A DNA stretch of 63,694 nt, the filler included, from Hyphochytrium catenoides (Eukaryota; Protista; Hyphochytriomycota): NCBI GenBank assembly GCA_900088475.1. It is 7 parts of 7 records of this genome, joined end to end, with 100 filler letters (N's around TTAATTAATTAA, not from the genome) between each part and the next. Parts side by side here need not be neighbours in the genome. Positions count along the whole stretch, not along the records: positions 19,196 to 42,267 come from FLMG01003857.1; 6 more parts are not named here. One strand, given 5' to 3'. Position numbers and translations under genes: made by a program. Within the stretch, counting starts at the first letter, position 1; each line of letters starts with the position of its first letter. Shown in pieces: positions 26,126 through 38,286 of the stretch. Below the pieces are notes generated by a model. That model ran no database searches. It was not told the origin of the DNA and saw only the letters and a program-made list of their open reading frames with translations.

Positions 26126-27082
26126 GCTAGAGAACCGCAGTCTTTTTGCAGTAATATCACCGCACCGCCCTCATCCTTAATGGCTTATTGGACGCAAGGA
26201 CAATCACCGCTCCCATTGAAGGCTTAGCCGTTGGCATTATAGTCTTTCATCCCATCAGAAACAGGGTATAAGGACAAAGGACCCATGGCCTCCTTCCGTC
26301 AATATCGCTCTTGCTGCCGGAGATAGAGCTTCCTTCAACTGCTACAAAGCGTACTTAGCGCCATTCTAGCTGTCATGTGCAGCGGCCATCTGAAAGAAGT
26401 CGACGACGACGCGTCGAAGCAACAGCGAAGTAGGAAGGGATCGAGAGTCCGAACAAGTGTCAAACCGTAAGAGCAGACAAGGATGGGTTAACAGACTGGG
26501 CGACTTGCTTCGGTATAACAACTGGCACTTACACCGCCGGTCAGCCGCCTGGCACCAGCTCTGCTAAGCGCTACCTGTCTCCTTACATTCTTTAGCTTAG
26601 GAAGAGAGACAGACGCAAGCCACTGGCTCCCATACCAAGACCAGGCGGCCGTCCGAAGCCCAGCCTCCAGCCCAGAGCCTCCTCTCCTTTACATCTTGAT
26701 GGAGAAATCTGTAACGGCCCAATGTTGCTTCTGCTGTAACTCTTAGGCGTAGACGAAGAATCAACAGATAGTCAGTAATCACAGGATAACGTAGAGTGAT
26801 AATCGCTTTGATTTGACCAGCCATTGTGTTGAAGAAAGTTCTGATGTGAAAGATGCGGAATGATGGTTCAGCCTTCAGATCTGCAGGTGACCACATATCT
26901 GAAGCTTCGGCTTGCTAGTTCATGGAGATCTGTCACATAGCCCTCGCTCCCACTACGCAGACGAGCTGAGAGTTCCTCTCCAATATATAACGGATTTCCT
27001 TGAGTGAGGACGGGTCGCGTACTCTTGCCTTTCCACGAAGCCTGCTTGAAACTAGACTTTGAATCATTCTCAGCACCCAAGG

Positions 27083-28263
27083 ATGCAGCAGATGCGATGG
27101 AACCCCGCTAGCTACTTGCGCTTCGAGAGGCAGCGCTTGAGACCAGCCTTGGATCTGCTGGCGCAAGCAAAGAACGTCTTAGAAGACAGTAGACGGTCCG
27201 TAAAGAAGATCGCCGATCTTGGGTGCGGAACAGGGAACATCGTGACACACATGCGGTAAGGTGCGCCGTATTGTTTCCCTCTGCGCTAATCGAAGAAATG
27301 AGTAACCATACCTCCGCGCGGTTACTTATGCAACACTGGCCCGAAGCCCACATTGTTTGCATTGACTCATCTCCATCTATGCTAGAGAGATCACGCATGG
27401 AACATGAGAAGGCTGGCTTGGATGGCAGGGTAAGTGGGCCTTTAGCTGAAGATCCTTGACCACTCTTTCACAGACCCTTTCGACCCTCAGGCTGTGCATT
27501 ACACTCAGAGTAGATTTGAAGACTGGGAGCCACAGGAAAAATTTGACCTAATCTTCAGCAACTCCGCGCTGCACTGGCTCCCAGCAGAAGCTCATCGTAG
27601 CTACCTTCCACATCTAATGGACGCACTAGAGCAAGGTAGCCCCGTGCGTTACTTATATATTTCAGCCACTTTGCCATACCTAAGCCCGCATCAACTGAAC
27701 TACGCGCCAAGGAAGACGGCGTTCTTGCCGTCCAGATGCCTGACACAAGAGCTATGCCAAGTCATGTCCTCATGAAGGAAGCAGCGAAGAAGCTGGGATA
27801 CGACGTCACCACCGTGAGAGTGCCAAGGACCGAGGAAGACCCAGCTTACTACCTCGATATCTTACAATCATACTCCTCCTCTTTAGACTTATGGCACACT
27901 ACCTACCACCAAGTCTTAGAAGGTGGGGCCGAGTCGCTAACACCTATCACCTCAATATGCAGTCGGCGTCTGTGGGCCTCTCACTTGTACCGCCCCTATA
28001 AACCCTTCCCTCCCCCGCTTGTGTCTTCCACTAGCTCCTGTCTAATTATCTCTGCCCTTTCAGGCGAGAACCCCGTGGCGGACTTTACGCGCAGCACCGG
28101 CCTGATGCCATTTGTCGCGGCTCTTGGGGGCGAGGACAGCCCTAAGGGCCTTGACTTCCTCACCGAATACCGAAGGCTAATCTCCGATGCTTATCCCAGG
28201 CGATCCGATGGATCAACAATCTTCTCCTTCACACGCTTCTTTCTCATCGCTACCAAGCGATAG
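27083..28263 (+). CDS. tam: Trans-aconitate 2-methyltransferase (bacterial Tam-type SAM methyltransferase), 5 exons
   Basis: Motifs WNPASYLRFERQRLRPALDLL, IADLGCGTGN, IDSSPSML, FDLIFSNSALHWL, DGVLAVQMP, RSTGLMPF and AYPRRSDGSTIFSFTRFFLIATK all match the Tam family. Four introns: 27256-27302 (acceptor uncertain), about 27430-27490, about 27635-27714 and 27923-28063. Confidence 0.88.
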
Positions 28264-28584
28264 GAGGGACGTGACGGGTATTCCATCATCCTCTCTGACC
28301 AACAACTACGTGAGTAGACCAAGAAAGAGCCAGGAAGCCCAGAACATTGTAGTCTGAATAGCGATAGGGCGGTCCTATAGATATATTTCTAGAAACTCAT
28401 GACCAGGACTGAAAGCGCAAGTGTCAGACAAAGGACGGCCCGCTCTAAGCAAAACGCTACGGCATAGACTACAAAACATTAGGAAAGGAAGTAGTGCAGG
28501 CCATCGGAGAGGCAGAAGGACTCTCCTGCGCCCTCGGACTCGTCCTACGTTCCTCCTTTGGCCCACTTGTTAGCGGTTTCCATG

Positions 28585-28836
28585 TCACATACTAGAGGTC
28601 ACGGGTGCTCGTGGATAGTTGTGTTCCATCTTACTGAAATACGAGCCTCTTCTAGCTCTCGTAAAGACGTTGAGGGCGTCGTCCTGTAGATCGCCTATAG
28701 TTCTTCTGCTCGGATCAAGCTCTGCCCTCTCAAGGCCTGGGCGCCATCGTCTGCCTCGTGCTCTCTCCTGCTTGCAGCTGGCTTGGTCTCTCTTTTTCCT
28801 ATCTCTCCTGTGACTCTTCACTAACTTCAACTTCAT
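28585..28836 (-). CDS. Candidate small orphan ORF, divergent from VPS50
   Basis: ATG-initiated 83-aa ORF with a gtatgt donor just before its stop. No recognisable domain. Confidence 0.2.
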   Translation of the reverse strand: MKLKLVKSHRRDRKKRDQASCKQERARGRRWRPGLERAELDPSRRTIGDLQDDALNVFTRARRGSYFSKMEHNYPRAPVTSSM

Positions 28837-29160
28837 GATTGTGGCTCAAACAGAAGATGCCTGCCACTCAGAAGCATCTTATTTAGAATACCGCTTAGAG
28901 TCCTGCCCTCTCAGCAGAATAAAAGTGAAATTGATTCTAGATATGTTGTTGATAGTCCATCAAATCTTCGAATGCAGATCATCCAGCACTCGTTGAGCTC
29001 AATGGGAAAGCTCTATAATGCCTGACTCCGTCCCGCAGAGCACGCTCTAACTAGCCGCTCTTGGGGCTCGACAATGAAAGCCTAACAGTTGGCTCTGCGC
29101 GCGCCGCTTCCGCCCTCCTCCATTTGATTGGAAGGCAGGCCCATCATCCACCGCTTCCAA

Positions 29161-32100
29161 ATGGAAGTGAAGGACGGAAGAATGAGTGCCAATGGAGAGC
29201 AAGGTGGACACAGTCCCTCACCCCCAGAGCCAGAGGGCATCCAAGATCATATTAGAGCAGCAGACGAAGTGATGAACAATTTAGATCCCAAGTTCTTCAC
29301 CAAGGACTTTGACCCTGTGCGGTTTATCTTTGACTCGCTCCCCGCAGAAGATGATGAGATCCCACAGTTTCTTCAGGCAGAGATTGCGCTTATGGAAGAG
29401 GCGATGGAGGTTGTAACCGGGAAGCTTGCGGAGAATATCCAGGAAAACTATAGTGAGATGGTGCAAGGGATGAGGCACGTGGAAGAGGTGGATCTTGATA
29501 TCTCTCGAGCATTGATTCACGTCAAGAACGCCCGTCGGATGGCGACTTCTTCGCAGCAGAGTCTTGTTGTCTCCAACCTCAAGATTCTCAACCTCAATCG
29601 CCGTCATAGGCGTATGAAGCTGCTGATGAATTCGATGGGGCAGATTGCCCATATAATGCGCCTAGAACGTGAAATGAAGAGTAAAATAGCCGCTGGAGAC
29701 TTCACAGATGCCGTTCTCTGCTCTGTGGCCATCGTCAAGAAGCTGCGAGATGTGGAAGCGCTTCAATTTATGGCACTGAGGAGCCATCGAGCACGCTTCT
29801 CTACGATGCTATTAGACCTTCGTCAGGTTCTCGACGATGCGATGAGCAAGCTATTGCTTAAATTTGACTCAAGAGCCTATGATAATCTTCTACGAGCCTA
29901 CATCTTGCTAGAGAGATATGCAGAGCTCAATCGGCGGCCGGAGTATCTGTCGAAAGACAGAGAGTCGTCCACCTCAGATCTCCTTAATAACCTACCAGAA
30001 CTCTATCGCTCGTCGCTGGAGAAAGATATGAACATACAAGTACGAGAGGTTCTCTCCAATAGTCTGAGTGGAAACCTGAGTGATGATGATGATGATGAAG
30101 ACCATGAAGTCCCTGAAACCCCTAAGAAAGGCAGTGCAGACGCTGTCATCTTAGGAGGTAGGGCAGGTGCAGCGACAACACCTAAAGAGCTGGCCAAACA
30201 GATGGAAATCTCAGATATTCTTGCTCTCTTGCCGCCCAAACAGCTTGTTCACTGTCTCTTCCATCTGTACAAAGTGCTATCTGAGAGACTCTACTCGCAA
30301 TACCTCATTGGCCAATGGCACCGGTGTCCCTTTAGCCCTGACAACACTCGAGAGGACTTCCTGCATCGCCCTGGTACGGACTTTTCTAATGGCTTTACTG
30401 ACAGCGAGCTGTTCGTACAGCATGGGGTCGACCTGGAGAGCTTGAGGCAGAGACTGACAGCATTCACGGGTCTTCTGTCTTCGAAGAGAGCTGAGATCTG
30501 GGACAAGATGCAAAGAATGGTGGCGAACCTACTGAACAACGTCAAGGTGTCATCCGGTATGAAGTTGGAACCATTCGTTAGTCTTGTCATGTACACCTAC
30601 GACTTCGTTGACATTGGCGAGGAGTTCAGCGCAGCAGGAATGTCACATAGTCTTAGAGGCTGCTTGAAGCTGAAGTGTCAACAGTTCCTAGAGAATCTCC
30701 ACCGTGAATCGTTCAGTCTAATCCGAATGCTTCTGGATACAGAGCCCTGGAGGCGCATTCCTGTGCGCGTGATGGGCCAGAAAGAGTTGCTTTCCCTTGC
30801 TGAGAAGCATGCGGGCTTGAAAAGAGGAGAATTGCAATCCGGACAGCTGTCAAGCCCTCATATTGTTCTCCGAAGTACTTCCTCCCAAGGAATTGGCCTT
30901 CTCGGGCTTCTTAAGCGGAGTGAGAGTGCTGGAACCTTCAGCATTCTGTCTCAATGGCCAAGCTATGGAAATCCTTTTGCAGAAGAGAGCGCATGGGTGG
31001 AGGCCAGCTTCGACCCCAGCTCTGCATCACCGTCCAGAGGGCAGATGAGGACGCTATGGACTCTCTATGGTGGTGAGAAACGCCACCGAAAACTGGGAGA
31101 TGCCGCTATTGCGGAAGAGGACGAAGACGACGAAGTTGAGCTAGCAAGTGAAGATGGTGATGACGTTGAGATACGCCGCTTTGGGTCGCGGCATGTCGTT
31201 ACCTCGGTAGCGCTAGCTGGATTTGCTAAGCATGCGGGTAAGAAGGCGAATACTCAAATGGGAGTGGGTCCCTCTTTGCGCACCACGTCTCACGCTTCCT
31301 CTGCCTCAACGACTAACAGTCCAGCTGACTCCCAAGTGTCCACCCTGGTGTCCTTTCCTTTTGCATCCATTGACTTCTCACCTCGTGGCTGCTGTCCCTC
31401 AGGGCGCTACCTAAAGGTCATTGAAGAGCTCCAGCCAATTGCAGGAGAAGGCCTCGCAGCTCTGATGGAGCTGTTTGACTTCTTCTTCTACTCAATATTC
31501 ACCGCCCACATCCCAGAGCGAGTCATGACGAGCATGTTTGCTAGCAAGGAGGTGTACGACTCTTTCTTAGGGAGAAGACACTCCTATTCCCATCTGAGGA
31601 GCACCATATTGCAGATGATGAAGGTGTTAGGACAAGGGTCGACGACTGTCTCAGCATCTCTGTCGCCTGAGAGTCTTGTGGATGACTCTAAGGCCCTCCC
31701 ACACCTTATACGCAGAGCTTCAACAGTTAAAAGCTCCTCGTCTACTTCTCCTGAACTTCACTCCCTAGATGAACGAGTGGTCGGGGTAGAGACCATGTCG
31801 TTCAATCTAGAGATCATGCGCTGTTTGAGACCCAAACTTGAGGAGCTTCTCCCTTCAAATCAAAAAGAGATCTGTGCCTCTTTCTATGACTCGCGGGTCA
31901 GAGCAGTGAAGGAGCTTCGGTATTGCATGTATCGTAGCCTGGCAGTCCTCCTGATCTCGGCGACAGAAGTCCCTTCAATGATAGAGAAGGTCAACTGGAG
32001 TGCGGAGAATATCTCTGGAGCTCAGAATGCTTATGTTATTACATTGGTACAGCGCTGTGGAGATATCTGGGGCAAGCTTCAAGGGTTAGTGGAGCGGGGA

Positions 32101-32726
32101 GACATGCAATCTCTGGTGGCCGAGGAAATATGGAAGCAAATGGTTAGAAGTATCGCAGAGAACATGGTCGAAGGCTTTTCCAGGTGGATAGCTGCGTTAT
32201 CACTTCTCTCTTGTTGGTGCTCTGTCTAAGTCTTTCCCGTCCACTGACGCACATCCTAAGCTCTGAGATTTGTCCCGTGCAAATACTCTCTTTCCTAATA
32301 CTTTGGAGCTCTTGCCAAGTGGTGCCAGCTTCGAATGACAGCGTCTTCGCCGATTCCGTTGACCGCTCTTACATTCTTCTTCTCCGTCCGTGTAGGATAA
32401 AGAAGTGTAGCAATGAAGGTCGCACGCAAATGTCTATAGACCTTCAAGCCTTGCAGGCAGGCCTCGCCCTCATCAATAGGACAGAGAGTCGCACCTTACA
32501 AGCCTGCAGGGATTACGCAGACAACTTTGTAAAGGCCTTCTATTTGCCCAAGGAGGATCTCTACTCCTGGATCAAAGCGCATGCTATGGACTATGAATTG
32601 CAGCACATGCAAGCCTTGGTGCTTCAGGGACAAGGAGGACGTGGAGCTGCAAAGGAGATGCTACAGAAGGTCGACGTCGTCTATGAAGCGGTGGCCCGAA
32701 TTCACATAAGAGCTGACGCCTCTTAA
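29161..32726 (+). CDS. VPS50: Syndetin / VPS50 (EARP complex subunit), 3 exons
   Basis: N-terminal LDPKFFTKDFDPVRF...NYSEMVQGMRHV, then IGEEFS...SHSLRGCLK...LHRESFSLIRMLLDTEPW, FAKHAG|RYLKVI, ERVVGVETM, QNAYVITL and VEGFSR|IKKCSNEGRTQMSIDLQ...FVKAFYLP. Introns 31238-31402 and 32184-32395. Confidence 0.93.
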
Positions 32727-32812
32727 GGCCCAAAGAAGCGATGCTACTCACAGAGTTATAAATATTAGGACAATATCGGAGGCGAAGCCTACAACAGCCT
32801 CTACCTCAGCCG

Positions 32813-35800
32813 TCACGACGAGAGGTTCTCCCTGTTCTCATGCGACCAGAAGCCCTGGACGTCAATCAGGATGCTGCAACAGGCGATGAATAAAGGCAGA
32901 GAAAGAAAGAAGCAGCAGTCTGTCAAGTTTCTAATCCAGAGAGCCACCGCGCGGATAAGACAGACCTGATTACAGTGCCACCAAGCTTCGAGTCCTTCAG
33001 ATCCGCAAGCGTTATCTTGTAGGGATCTTTAGGTCGCACCATGTCAAAAATCTCGTCCTATTGCGAAGATGGATGAGCGACGGTGTTACTCTGCATTCTC
33101 TTATCCTCTCTATTCTTTGAAGAATAGGACCAAACGCTTTCTCCTCCGATTGCCACTAAATTATCCTCTAAAGCGTGGAGGGACCCCTGTCCTTCATGCT
33201 AGGAACCTACCTTAACGTCATGCAGGAGTTGGTTGTCCACCCCATCAGTGCCAGTGTCTTTTAGGGTAGCGACGATTTCTCGGAAAAAGAAGTTAATGTC
33301 AAAGGTGTTCAAATAGCCCTTCTTTTGCACGTCCAAGATGCCGAAGAGGTACTGGACAGAGAGGGGAAAAGGTTAGCAAATGCGCGTCAACTATGGTCCC
33401 TGCGTCCTTTAGAAGGCCTCTCTATAGCTCTTTCAAGGAGGTCATTGACCTCCAATTCTCACCTCTAAGGCCAACGGCGAGTTCCGATTTGTCATAGCGA
33501 GCGTGAAGTCAACAAAGCCTCGGAAGTCCTGAACGTTCGACAGGAATATTTAGGAAGAGATCCAAAATGAGGCTATGGAGGAAGTTAACTCAGAATCTCA
33601 TTGAAAGAGAAAGTGTTTTAGTTCCTAGAGAAATGAGATAAATTAGGAAGACCAGCACGTTTCCACAAACCATGGTGGCTGCTGCTGCTGCAGACGCCGG
33701 CAATTCTTCGAAAACACGCTGAATGAATGTTGAAGTGAGCTTACAAGCTGGCTGTCCGCGTTTGCGCAAGTATGACTCTGTCCCTAAAGGTGACCAAGGA
33801 GGTAAGAAAAGGAAGCGCTTCAAGAACAATTGATGAACGCTAAGGTGCCAGTCATCAGTTCAAGGTCGTTGAGACTTTAGTCTGACGTAGCATCGGAAGC
33901 TTCTGTCACAATGTATTACCCACCATAATTGATTAGCTCGTCTTTGTCCAGAAGACCGTTTTTGTCTACGTCAAGCTCCAAAAACTTGAAGATTCGTGAA
34001 AGAAGCAACAGCGAGGTAACCGATTAGCGCGGATCTCTCTAAAGAGCATATCTGCTCGGCCCACCTGCTCGTAGATGAGCTTTGTGCTATACAAAGAGAA
34101 AGGGTTCAAAAATGGCGAGCTGCCTTCCTCTTCCTCTGTTGGGTCATGGGCCTTTAGATAAGCAAAGTCCTGAAACTTTCCTTTAAGCACAAGATCCTTG
34201 ATGCGAATCCTGCCTATGGAGCATTCGATGACTCTGGATCCTAACTTCCCGGTGCCCAGTTATAGCTTACCTGCTTTCCAGCTCCCAGCATAAAAAAGCG
34301 TAGTCCGAGTAGCAATGCAAGCATAGTATTCTATAAACGATTCCTATTACATCAGGCGTAGGTCTCTCTCAGCACGTGTTGACGCTTTATGATGAAAGTC
34401 CAGATGCAGAAGGACTAAGTATAAAGGCGTCTAATAGGCTGCGACCTGATGTAGGGCCTCTGATATCGAGACAAACGTCGCAATCTTGGGTCCCCACATT
34501 GATATTACCTACCGGCACAGAAGCCAGTCCTCGATAGATAGAAATCATTCCGGTCACGTAGTCCTCCAGCTCAGCCTCCGTGATGAGCCCAGACTTAGAG
34601 CTGGCGAAGAACCTGGTATATGACACATCGATAACAGAGGGTTGGCGGCAATGACACGAGAAGATGGGTCAGCAACAAGCCAATTAGGAGATTGGTATGA
34701 GCTTGAGCACTGACAACAGGGAGGTGTAGCAGTCCACCATAGAGACCATTCTGCTGAGGTAGAGCATAATCTGCTGGCAACTAACTCGTCCGTAGTGATC
34801 AGCATGGAACTGTCACCGCAAGAAGAGAAACCGCGGAGACACCATTNNNNNNNNNNNNNNNNNNNNNNNNNNNNNNNNNNNNNNNNNNNNNNNGTAAGAA
34901 GCTTGATGATCGAGAGCGGAACCTGCCCCAGCACCATAGAAAAGTCTTCATAGTTGATGCGAGGAGAGCTGAAGACGGTAGAGATCTCTTTCCGTCTCAT
35001 AACCAAATACTGAAGCCGCCTCTCTAAGGACACTACCGCCTTTACGGTCTCGGGCCCAATTTTTGCATCTCCATGGTCCTCTCCTTCCCGCACTAGCGCT
35101 TCAAACGCTGTTGTCATGCAGAGCTAATGAGAGCTAAGACACACGGGTGAGCGCAAGACTGAGACAAGAGAGCTAGACCGTAGAGGTTGAAGATACCAAG
35201 TCAACCAGATAAATGCGCTAGAGCAACTGCTGACATTCTCACCATCTCACCTTCAAATTGCTCGTCAACTCTAGCTTGCTCCCGCTCAATTTTATCGACC
35301 GCTTCTTCAACCCCTTCAGGGAATGGAAGGCTGGAATTTTCATACAGAAGCTCTCGGAAAGCNNNNNNNNNNNNNNNNNNNNNNNNNNNNNNNNNNNNNN
35401 NNNNNNNNNNNNTAGAGATGGAATCCATACCGCTGCACTGGGCAAGGTCTCGTGAATATCCCCTAAAAACATGTTCTTGGCAACAATGCTAGCCTTCTCG
35501 CAGAGGTCCACGGCATCTGAAGACTACAATGCGATGAGATGGGGTTTCTATCATACCCTGAGGCTCAATAGTTGTACCTTCCTTTTATAGAAGCGAGGAA
35601 TGGATCTTAGCGTTGGATCGTCCACTTGCCGCTGGACCCTATTTTGCACAAGTATCCGCTTCACGAGAGGGACGATATTTTCGTCCCTATAGAGGTTAGG
35701 CTCATCGAGTTCTGAGGAGGCTGGGCGGAGAACATCTGAGGCTGTGTCATTTGTCCTTAACTCAGCAGTCTACAATGTTACCTCGGTGACTGCGTTGAAC

Positions 35801-35857
35801 ATAGTCTTCGAGCAGATGCACCCATGGGCGGCTCTTAGCAGCCTCTATCTCTGCCAT
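32813..35857 (-). CDS. PPP2R3C: PP2A regulatory subunit B'' gamma-like (PPP2R3C / TON2-FASS family), about 13 exons, two N gaps
   Basis: Spliced motifs IPRFYK, INYEDF, YEQ|FLELDVDKNGLLDKDELINYG, LTSTFIQRVFEE, M|DFRGFVDFTLAM, YLFGILDVQKKGYL, DVK|DEIFDMVRPKDPYKITLADL and ILIDVQGFWSHENRE*. Introns are GT-AG. The start codon is tentative. Confidence 0.9.
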
Positions 35858-36513
35858 CTGCTCGTTGATCCTTTCATGAACTGGGAGCACAGAAGATACG
35901 GACCGCAGTCAAGTGGCAGAGCTATTTAAAGGACACCAGACGAGCTTCATTACCAATAGAGACTACTATATCGCTCTCTCCGGCGGACGACTGTCTCTAT
36001 AAGTTTGATAGAGAAGCCCATCATCATCTCTCCATCGGCACTGACGGAAGTGCTTCCTCCCGATAAAGTCTCCAGCTGGAGAAACGGATTTTTGAAGATT
36101 TGTTGTACTGTAGACATCTTCCTGTGTTCTCGGATGCCCGAAAATAAAAAGACCAGAGACAAAACTCTATAACCCAGGGTCGAGAGGTCCCTGAAGGCAG
36201 GTGCTGCTCTCTCCCTAAGAAATGTAGGAGAAGAAGTTTTGAGGAAGCGGCAGAGAAGATTGTAATAAAGATCAGAAAAGGCCAAGGAAAAACAGCGAAA
36301 GATCATCAGAAAGTCTCTCAGACCTTCCTTCTCGAGGTTCCGTCTCTGTCACAGCTTCTTGAAGATTCAGAAGGCGGCCAACGAGGGCAGGGCCGCGGAC
36401 TTGAGGAGAAGAACGGGTTGACAGTAAGAAGGGTTAGGGCGCAAGGATTGAGTGCTTGGGAAAGGGTACATTTACGCGAGCTCGTCAAGGGGCACCTGCT
36501 TCCCTCCGGAGCC

Positions 36514-37408
36514 ATGGAGGGAGCCTCGCTGAAGAAGCTAATCAACACTGGTCGACGGCCGTATGTCCACGATGGTAATGTCTTCTGCCATAACCTATCT
36601 GGCAATGTTTCAGTGCTGTCTCTCTTTATTAAGAGTCTTGCCTGACAAGAGGTTCGAGCAGGTCGCACCGTTTACGAGTGGGAGCAGAGCCTGGAAGAGG
36701 TCAACATTTTCATTACTGCACCACCAGGTGCTAAGGCAGACCACTTGGACTGCAAGATAACCCCGACTCACGTCACGCTGGGCATCAAGGGAAACACCCC
36801 CTATCTTAATGTAGGTTTGAGTGGTGCTCTTCGGTAGCCGCGTCTCCTTACTGATGTGGTCCCTGCGTCCCGATCGTCAAACCCGCAGAATGACCTTGCG
36901 GGGGTCGTAGTTGCCAGTGAGAGCTACTGGATGATGGGTAAGTCGGTTGGTCTCAACAGTTTTCTTATGCCATCTCATCCGTTAGCTTCCCTCGTTGCAA
37001 CCCTTAGACAACGGAGAAATAAACATCAACTTGCAGAAATCTAAGAAGGGAGAAACATGGCCCTCGGTCTTCGTAGGCCATGGAGAGGTAATTGCACATC
37101 ATACATTGAGCTGAATGGAAGACAAATTCTCTGACTGCTACCTCTGCACGCTTGTTGCAGCTTGACCCGATATCCAAGCAGGAGGTACAGAAGAAGCTGA
37201 TGCTAGAGAGATTCCAAGAGGAGGTGCGTGTGCTGAATCTGCATTCTCCGTCTCACACTGATACTCCACCTCGGCGCGGTCGCTCTTCACTTATACTGAC
37301 ACTCCATTTGCTGTGTCATAGAATCCAGGTTTTGACTTTTCCAACGCAGAATTCAACGGAGCCGCGCCTGACCCTAGATCCTTCTTGGGTGGTGTGAAGT
37401 ACAGCTAG
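36514..37408 (+). CDS. NUDCD2: NudC domain-containing protein 2 (CS/p23-like co-chaperone), 6 exons
   Basis: YVHDG|RTVYEWEQSLEEVNIFI...PYLN|NDL...ESYWMM|D...LQKSKKGETWPSVFVGHGE|LDP...QKKLMLERFQEE|NPGFDFSNAEFNG...FLGG. Five GT-AG introns. Confidence 0.93.
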
Positions 37409-38286
37409 AGGCTGATGCCTAACCGCCAGTGCCAGGCCAACGGCAAACCTCATTTATTTTCTTCTATCTTTTCTCTTGCGGCTCTTCTTGGCCAGTGTAA
37501 CTTATAACATGATGTGATAATGGACGGACTATGATGATGATCTATCGGGGTTCTGGTGAGCGGGTGTTAACCAGTCCCATCTAGCACTTGACGATCTCGC
37601 TACCTCAGCCAACAAGCTAGCTCTTGGGGCGCTACTGCTGATGCCTCTAGCGCTCTACCACCTTCCTCCTCTGCGCCTCCGCAATAATACTGACGCTCGC
37701 TCTCCTGGTTGATGTGAGGCTGAATGACTGATCGTGAGCTTGTTGCACGAAGTGTGCCTACCGCCTAATGTCATAAAAGTTGGACATGGTTGAACAAATA
37801 AGAATAACTCAGTTCAATAAGAGACTTTAAGAGCGTTTAACTTTAGTGCTTAATAAATAGCTGTGATCCGGGGTGATTGTACGTTATGAAATACGATAAA
37901 TGCGCTAATCTTGAGCATGGGCCTGAAAATAGCGACTGGTGTAGGATCTGGTGATGGCTGATGGCAGGCCTCTCGGCTCAAGGTGATGCTGAAGGCTGAA
38001 GGCTGAGCTGTCCAGCAAGGCTCAGAGTGAATCTGGAAGAAGGGCATTCTTGAAGGCTGCGCAGTCACTTGTCTGACCTTCCCGGCTAGCGCAGCCCCGC
38101 TGGCAGCTGTAGAGACAACAAAAGCTTCCTTTGGCTGATGGGCTTGGCGTGTCCATCTGCTTGCTAAGGACGAGTGTCAGCAGGCCGGTGGCGGACCATC
38201 GAGTTTTGGCTCCTCGGACGATCCCGGAACGAACCCGAGGATGCGGTTCACCTAAGCCACTCTAGGGAGAGTGTTCTACTTCCTTC

